DNA of 27,463 nucleotides. Origin: Octopus sinensis (taxonomy: Eukaryota). Position numbers and translations under genes: made by a program. Positions 20,990 through 27,463 of this stretch are shown piece after piece. The first letter of the stretch is position 1; each line of letters begins with the position of its first letter. The notes under the pieces were generated by a model. It made no database searches, was not told where the DNA came from, and was given only the letters and a program-made list of their open reading frames with translations. The stretch spans positions 1 through 27,463 of the forward strand of contig NW_021833325.1 of assembly GCF_006345805.1 (NCBI RefSeq). Reading direction: 5' to 3'.

Positions 20990-21338
20990 CAATTCAATAA
21001 TTTATCTCTCTATATATTTATATTATAATATTAAATGATATACTATGAATATAATATAACATAATATTGTATAACATAAACAAATATAACAAAAACCATA
21101 AAAGGCCAACAAATTGTTTCGGCTTATATACATTTTCTGATATACATACGCGATAGGAGTTCCCATGTATATAAGTCAGTTATATATTGTGTATGTATAT
21201 CTGAAAATGTATATACGCCGAAACGTTTTGTTGGCCTTTTATGTTTTTTTAAATAATTTTTTATATTATATAATATTATGTTATATTTAATTCATTGTAT
21301 ATCATGTAATATTATAATATGAATGAATTATTGTATTG
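20990..21338. repeat. Long AT-rich inverted repeat (fold-back)
   Basis: 21020-21149 pairs with 21191-21320 (roughly 85-90% identity by eye); extends to ~20990/21338; 41-bp spacer. Confidence 0.8.
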
Positions 21339-21688
21339 TCACCGCTATTTATATGGTATTCAACCGACGTTCCAGTGAATTGGATGTATATATATACATA
21401 TATATATTACCATCGCCTCGTGGATATATGTTCGTCCTTGGCTTCTCTGTTGACGGGGCACGCCAGTTGTAAATAAATTTAATTTGATTTAATTAATTTG
21501 TTTACTAAAGTTTGCCGAAAATATGCATAGTCCAGAGATGAAAGGGTAAAAGTTTTTATTTCTCTTTCAATTTCAGAATTACAACTATTAGCGGTTTGAG
21601 TTTGGCTGCTCTTTCTAGTGAGTCGAATGTCCTATTATAGCCATTCCTTATATTTTTGAATGTATACACACACACACACACACACACA

Positions 21689-21731
<43 letters not shown>

Positions 21732-21744
21732 TATGTATATGTTT

Positions 21745-21900
21745 GTACGTCTGTCTTTGTCCTCCCACTATCGTTTGACAACCGATGCTGGTGTGTTTAC
21801 GTCCCCGTGAGCTAGCGGTTCGCCAAAAGTGACTGATAGAAGAAGTACTAGGCTTACAAAGAATAAGTCCTGGGGGCGATTTGTTCGACTAAAGGCGGTG
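21745..21900 (+). mobile_element. Family C SINE 3' half, truncated at a junction with the mariner remnant
   Basis: TTGACAACCGATGCTGGTGTGTTTACGTCCCCG ... CGACTAAAGGCGGTG, then an abrupt switch. Confidence 0.8.
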
Positions 21901-22800
21901 ACGAAAAATACGCCTCCGGTACTCTTCTGACCTAATCTACAGAATTCATATTTTTTTTCCGTCCAAATGGTTTTGAAGATTGCGGAAATGTCCGGCAAAT
22001 ATGGTGGCTGGGGCATCGTTTCCCATTCAAACTACTCCAGCCTTTGGAATGTCATCCTCACTGTATGTGGCTGAGCATTATCCTGACGGAAGAACCCCTG
22101 GAAATCAAAGATGGTCGTTTTTCTTCGAGCGCTGACTTAAGCCGCTCAAGCTGCTCATAGTAGATCTCCTTTATTATCGTCTGGTTTGCGTTTAAAAGTT
22201 TATAGTGGACTAAACCTTTCATATCCCACCAAACAGATAACAACACCTTACGTGGGGGAAGACCTTCTTTAGCCTGGGGTGCCGGTGTTTCTCCTTTCCC
22301 TACCCACTGTCTTCGGCGCTTGACATTTTTATAGAGAACCTATTTCTCGTCACCAGTCACTATTCGGTCCAAAAATGGTTAATTCGTGAGACATGACAGC
22401 AAAGACGAGCACACATTCACTCTCTGCGCGCGATTCGACTCGGAAAGTTTGTGAGGAACCCATTGACTCAATTTCCTGACTTTTCCGATGGCGTGCAGGT
22501 GTTGATAAATGATTGAATGACCAAATCCAAGCTTCTCTTCTAGTTCCTAAACAGTTACGATTCGATTTTGTTCCACCAGGGTTTTCAGGACGTCTTCGTC
22601 GAGCTCTCCACATCTTCGAGGACGAGGCCCGACCTCTAGGCTCTAGCTTCCGGCTGGGAATTTCTTGAACACCGTTGACACTGGCTAACGCTTATTGTCT
22701 GATCCCCATATACTGCATTAATATTCCTCGCACTTTCCGTTGCGTTGATGCACGTAGTTTATCCCGTCCCCCTCCGACTTTAGATCATGCAAATGAAAAA
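21901..22800 (-). pseudogene. Mariner (Mos1/SETMAR-like) transposase pseudogene, most of ORF
   Basis: NATESARNINAVYG (HTH region), WVPHKL (~22445-22462), IVTGDEK (~22343-22363), KVLLSVWWDMKG, QDNAQPH, PQPPYLPD; multiple stops and frameshifts; no TIRs seen. Confidence 0.9.
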
Positions 22801-22801
22801 G

Positions 22802-22836
<35 letters not shown>

Positions 22837-22841
<5 letters not shown>

Positions 22842-22951
22842 CCGTGACCGACCAAGCCATCAGATGTTGCTACACATCGCTGGTTACAATGCGCTTCGCA
22901 TTGTTTTAGCCTTCAAATTGACTCCACCCCGCTGGCTAGCGAACAGGCCAA
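22837..22951 (-). mobile_element. Family B SINE 3' tail fragment
   Basis: Matches 17631-17750. Confidence 0.85.
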
Positions 22952-22974
22952 TATATATATATATATTTAGGTAT

Positions 22975-23330
22975 GTAGAAAAATACAACATGGACAAGAA
23001 CGTATAACTCTTAGAAGACGTACAATAAACATGGACAGGACATTCGAACCCCTCATCTTCAGTCAAGAACCGGATCATCGTAGTAATTTCGGCTGATTAA
23101 TCTTGAGATCACTAGATCACGGCCAGCCCTCCAAGAAAACTAAGCACGAGCATTAGAAAAACTAAGCTGGAAGCGTAGATTTCCTGGAAGAAGGATCGAA
23201 TGCATACGAACACCAGGACAGCAAAGGGACAGATATAAAAAAAAACAAAAACAATAATGGAATACAGAAACATGAAATACAGAAGCATTAACGGTGAAAC
23301 CAACAAGTGTCTTACGACTGATAACAAGCA
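22975..23330 (-). mobile_element. Unclassified interspersed repeat, possibly P/Penelope-related
   Basis: Reverse strand CTGAAGATGAGGGGTTCGAATGTCCTGTCC echoes the P-family CTGAAGA..GGG...TGTCCTGT; single copy in this window. Confidence 0.3.
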
Positions 23331-23334
23331 AACA

Positions 23335-23498
23335 ATATATATATACATATATATATATATGCACATACATACATACATACATACATAAATACATATATGT
23401 ATGCATGTATGGATTGATGGATGGATGGATGCATGCATGTATAATTGTATATATATATATATAGACAACAACTCTTAGTTATATATATATGTTTACAT

Positions 23499-23548
<50 letters not shown>

Positions 23549-23670
23549 AAATATATTCTTATATATGCGTGTATATGTGTGTGTACGTATATATACACAT
23601 ATATATATATATATACATATGTGTACGTATATATACACACATTCATACATACGTACATAGACACACACAC
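23335..23670. repeat. Compound (TA)(CATA)(GATG)(CA) microsatellites
   Basis: Direct inspection. Confidence 0.9.
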
Positions 23671-23926
23671 ACAAGCAAATCGTAGACATATGTATCCGGA
23701 GACTTGTACCACACACAAGTTCTATTTATGGTTCCCGCTTGTCTTGTTTTCTTAATCAAATATTCAACATTTGATAAAGTGAATGCCACAATTACAACGA
23801 CCCTCTCTGATAGTATTGTGCGTTTACTGAACTAGATATAGAGATAGGGAATGCGAGAGAGTTTGGTAATACAAACAGAATTAGTACTGCCTTAGGGCTG
23901 AAACAAGCAAAACAATGCATCCATGC

Positions 23927-24308
23927 GTGGTGGAAGCACTCCGTCGGTTACGACGACGAGGGTTCCGGTTGATCCGAATCAACGGAACAGCCTGCTCGTG
24001 AAATTAACGTGTAAGTGGCTGAGCACTCCACAGACACGTGCACCCTTAACGTAGTTCTCGGGGATATTCAGCGTGACACAGAAGTGACAAGGCCGGCCTT
24101 TTGAAATACAGTACAACAGAAACAGAAGTAAGAGTGAGAGAAAGTTGTGTGAAAGAGTACAGCAGGGAACCCACCATCCCTGCCGGAGCCTCGTGGAGCT
24201 TAGGTGTTTTCGCTCAATAAACACTCACAACGCCCGGTCTGGGAATCGAAACCGCGATCCTACGACCGCAAGTCCGCTGCCCTAACCACTGGGCCATTGC
24301 GCCTCCAC
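23927..24308 (-). mobile_element. Family A SINE, full length, 10-bp TSD
   Basis: Reverse complement of 12043-12437 with few differences; TSD GCATCCATGC at 23917-23926 and 24309-24318. Confidence 0.9.
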
Positions 24309-24363
24309 GCATCCATGCATACATATACATACGCACACGTATATAATATCGTCAAATTTAGCA

Positions 24364-24405
24364 GGCCGTGTCTAACTAACTTAATAGCACCACCTGATAG
24401 GATCT
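24364..24405 (-). mobile_element. Short CR1 3'-UTR fragment
   Basis: AGGCCGTGTCTAAC..CTTAATAGCACCACCTG matches AGGCCATGTCTAACTTAATAGCACCCACCTGG at ~19487-19518. Confidence 0.5.
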
Positions 24406-24599
24406 GTTAAGTCAGTTTTGTAGTATCACGATTCATTCAAGTAAATTATTATTGACTAAGTTGCACCCAGGTATAGGTGGCTTGTCTGTCTGTATGTATG
24501 GCTGTCTGTCTGTATATAAACATGCTTCTATATAAACATTTCTGTTGTGAAACATGAGTCTTACATTACTTTTATTATTCTTAATCCACCATACATGCT

Positions 24600-24611
24600 A
24601 TATAATTATAT

Positions 24612-24678
<67 letters not shown>

Positions 24679-25050
24679 ATACACAGACACACACACATAC
24701 ATACATACATATATAAATACACACATACATACATACATACATACATACATGCATACATACATGCATACCTATTTCTTTACTACCCACAAGGGGCTAAACA
24801 CAGAGAGGACGAACAAGGACAGACAAATGGATTAAGTCGATTATATTGACCCCAGTGCGTAACTGGTACTTAATTTATCGACCCCGAAAGGATGAAAGGC
24901 AAAGACGAAATACCGCTAAGTATTTCGCCCGGCGCTCTAACGTTTCTGCCACATACATACATACATACATACATAATACATACATACATACATACATACA
25001 TACATACATACATACATACATACATACATACATACATACATACATGCATA
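24600..25050. repeat. (TA)n and (CATA)n arrays flanking a family D SINE
   Basis: Direct inspection. Confidence 0.9.
24769..24951 (-). mobile_element. Family D SINE with ~40-bp internal deletion removing the B box
   Basis: Matches 4876-5098 but jumps from GGCAAAG to ACGAAATACC at ~24904. Confidence 0.85.
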
Positions 25051-25109
25051 CGTATACACACGTATACACTTAACAATCACCCACGCATACACTAAAACCA
25101 CTCGGCAAA

Positions 25110-25143
25110 TATAGGAGTGGCTGCGTGGTAAGTAGCTTGCTCA
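25110..25143 (+). mobile_element. Family C head fragment
   Basis: ATAGGAGTGGCTGCGTGGTAAGTAGCTTGCT matches the start of the 8553 copy. Confidence 0.6.
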
Positions 25144-25854
25144 CACATATTCATACGCAAGCACCCAAACGGAGACACAGTCATAAGAACATACATAAAC
25201 ACAGCGATAATTCTTAAAATAATAAACACGGATGCGACCTAATGAGGCTTAAGCTATGTAAACTCTCCGCCCGATAAAAACCAACATTTTAATCTCCGTC
25301 AAATCCATATCTTGCAATACTATAAATTAAGAGACGTGGATATATCTTTAAAATAAACGTTATCTGTGACAACTGGAACGCGTTTTGTTCATAAGGCTTC
25401 TCTATTAGAAACGACACGCCCGGAAATCTCAACAACAGCAAATATTTAAAAGTACGCAAACAGATACACACACACAGACGGTGATTGTGAACTACTCTGG
25501 AATGATTTGGGAAGGAGTAGAGTTTATTTACATCGATCCAACGATGACGGGGTTCATCTTCCAACTAAGTTATTTTGTTTGTCTTTTTGTAAGAGTCTGT
25601 CAATACGTAAATAAAGAGAAGTGTTTTCGAAATTCGTGTGCGTGTGCGTGTGTGTAGGTTAGAATGAGCTAATTAGAAATTAATACACGAATTAATTGCA
25701 TTTCATTATTTTAAACGGCCCGGCTCGCGAAGTGATCCGAGGCCCAGGATCACTGTGCACTTACCACTTTTGTAATAAGTGTCATACACGAGATTCTGGA
25801 CCCTCGAATCACATTCAAATAATGATGATGATCATCATCATCATACATGTGTGT

Positions 25855-25856
25855 GT

Positions 25857-25934
<78 letters not shown>

Positions 25935-26309
25935 TATATATAGTTATACGTATATATATATATACGTGTATATATATTTACGCGTATATATATATATACG
26001 TGTATATATATATACGTGTATATATATGTGTGTATATATATGTATATATATATGTGTATATATATATGTGTGTATAATATGTATATAATATATATGTATA
26101 TATATATGTATATATATATATGTATTATATATATGCATTAATATATATGTATATATATATGTATATATATATATTATATATATATGTATATATATATATA
26201 TATATGTATATATATGTATATGTATGTATATATATATATATATCACATATACATATATGTATATATATATATATGTGTATGGTGTGTGTATCTGTATGTG
26301 TGAGTGTGT
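25855..26309. repeat. Cryptic (TA)n/(TATG) array
   Basis: Direct inspection. Confidence 0.95.
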
Positions 26310-26580
26310 GTGGAGGCGCAATGGCCTTGTGACTAGGGCAGCGTACTCGCGGTCGTGGGATCGCGGTTTCGATTCCCAGACTGGGCGTTGTGGGTGTTTA
26401 TTGAGCGAAAACACCTAAAAGCTCCACAAAGCACCGGCAGGGTGTGGTGGCGAATTCTGCTGTACTTTTTCATCACAACTTTCTCTCACTTATTCTTCCT
26501 GTTTCTTTTGTACCTGTCTGTATTTCAAAGGGCCAGACTGTATCACACTGAATCTCCCCGAGATCTTCGTGTCTGTGGGA
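26310..26580 (+). mobile_element. Family A SINE, diverged and 3'-truncated
   Basis: Matches 12043 to ~12330 with internal deletions. Confidence 0.85.
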
Positions 26581-26712
26581 TCAACAAAACCGTATTCCAG
26601 CCAGTAAGAGATAAATATTATTTAATATACACATGAAACTATTACGTGTATAATGTATATATGGACATTTATACATACATGCATACGTATGTATATAAAT
26701 ATGTATTTTTTT

Positions 26713-26874
26713 CGGGTATGAGAAAACGCAGGAGTATGAGTTAATTATTACCCTCACAGATCCACAAAGCGGTCCTTCAGTTTTCTAAGCCCTTGTAAAA
26801 GAACTCGAAACGTTGGGCCTCCCACCAGACCTTTCGCGACGCCCTTACAGCCAGTAACTTTCAGCACTTCATCG
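26713..26874 (-). mobile_element. Second, diverged copy of the 4550-4767 mariner MITE; one TIR lost
   Basis: Reverse: GTGCTGAAAGTTACTGGC..AAGGGCGTCGCGAAAGG..CGAGTTCTTTTACAAGGGCTTAGAAAACTGAAGGACCGC..TAATTAACT..CTCCTGC.TTTTCT. Confidence 0.75.
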
Positions 26875-26883
26875 CGCGCGTCT

Positions 26884-27160
26884 ACGTAGAGTAGATGAAA
26901 CCATGGCGACTGAAGAAGGGGTTTTTTCCTTGTGTTATTTGTCCTGTACTCTATTTTTTTGTTGTTGTTGTTGAAGAAAAATGTCCAGTTCCTTGTGTTT
27001 GTGTCTATGTTTTCGTTTCTCATTGTGTTCGACGTTTTTTTTTGGTGTCCTATACTCGTATATGCGTGTATATATACATGTAGAGGTAGGTACGTACATA
27101 TATGTATATATATATGCATATGTTTTATTTATTAATATATTATATATATTATATATATTA
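26884..27160 (+). mobile_element. Family P repeat
   Basis: Close match to the reverse complement of 19130-19390. Confidence 0.8.
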
Positions 27161-27200
27161 TATTATATATATATAAGCAGACATACTACATATATATATG

Positions 27201-27463
27201 CCCTTACTTTCGAAACACGCATTGAGTCGAAACAGGGGCAGCTGAAGAGGGGAATATTCCTTGTATTGTTTGTCTTGTACTCAGTTTTTCGTTGTTAAAA
27301 AAAGTCCGTTTCCTTGTTTGATTTTATGTTTTCGTTTCTCGTTGTGTTCTACGTTTATTTGTGGTGTGTCCTGTACTCATATATGCATGTATATATACAT
27401 GTAGATGTAGGTATGTACATATATATATGCATGTGTATATACATATAGATGTAGGTATGTACA
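27201..27463 (+). mobile_element. Family P variant in tandem with the previous copy; runs off the window
   Basis: CTGAAGAGGGG...CCTTGT..TTTGTC.TGTACTC...GTCCTGTACTCATATATGCATGTATATATACATGTAGATGTAGG. Confidence 0.7.

Noticed and set aside
26754-27119. 121-aa ORF with a plausible-looking C-terminus
   Set aside because: It runs across a P repeat into the mariner MITE copy; a chance read-through of two repeats.
27205-27262. Permuted (type II) hammerhead in the family P head
   Set aside because: Stem I does not pair and stems II/III are mostly wobbles or mismatches.
1-27463. CRISPR array, operon or prokaryotic/viral system
   Set aside because: No regularly spaced repeat-spacer structure and no gene-dense coding; the content is typical animal repeat DNA.

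Overview
Repeat-saturated, AT-rich eukaryotic non-coding DNA (intronic or intergenic). No host protein-coding gene is supported. The very high microsatellite density and the mix of tRNA-derived SINEs, RTE/CR1 LINE, mariner and Helitron-like elements suggest a coleoid cephalopod (Octopus-like) genome; this is inference from my recollection of such repeats. Almost every ORF in the supplied track is translated microsatellite. The only recognisable protein homology is to dead transposons: an RTE 3' end, a CR1-group RT/C-terminus, and three separate mariner remnants. SINE families are labelled A-G here for bookkeeping only. The best observations are: (1) two minimal type-I hammerhead-ribozyme-like motifs with the same architecture, one at the tail of a tRNA-headed element; (2) an RTE insertion with an inverted 5' segment inside one 13-bp TSD (twin-priming geometry); (3) a SINE tail whose hairpin co-varies with the RTE 3' hairpin; (4) two long fold-back elements; (5) head/tail module swapping among SINEs. 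I found no convincing new multi-gene system. All alignments and identities were judged by eye.
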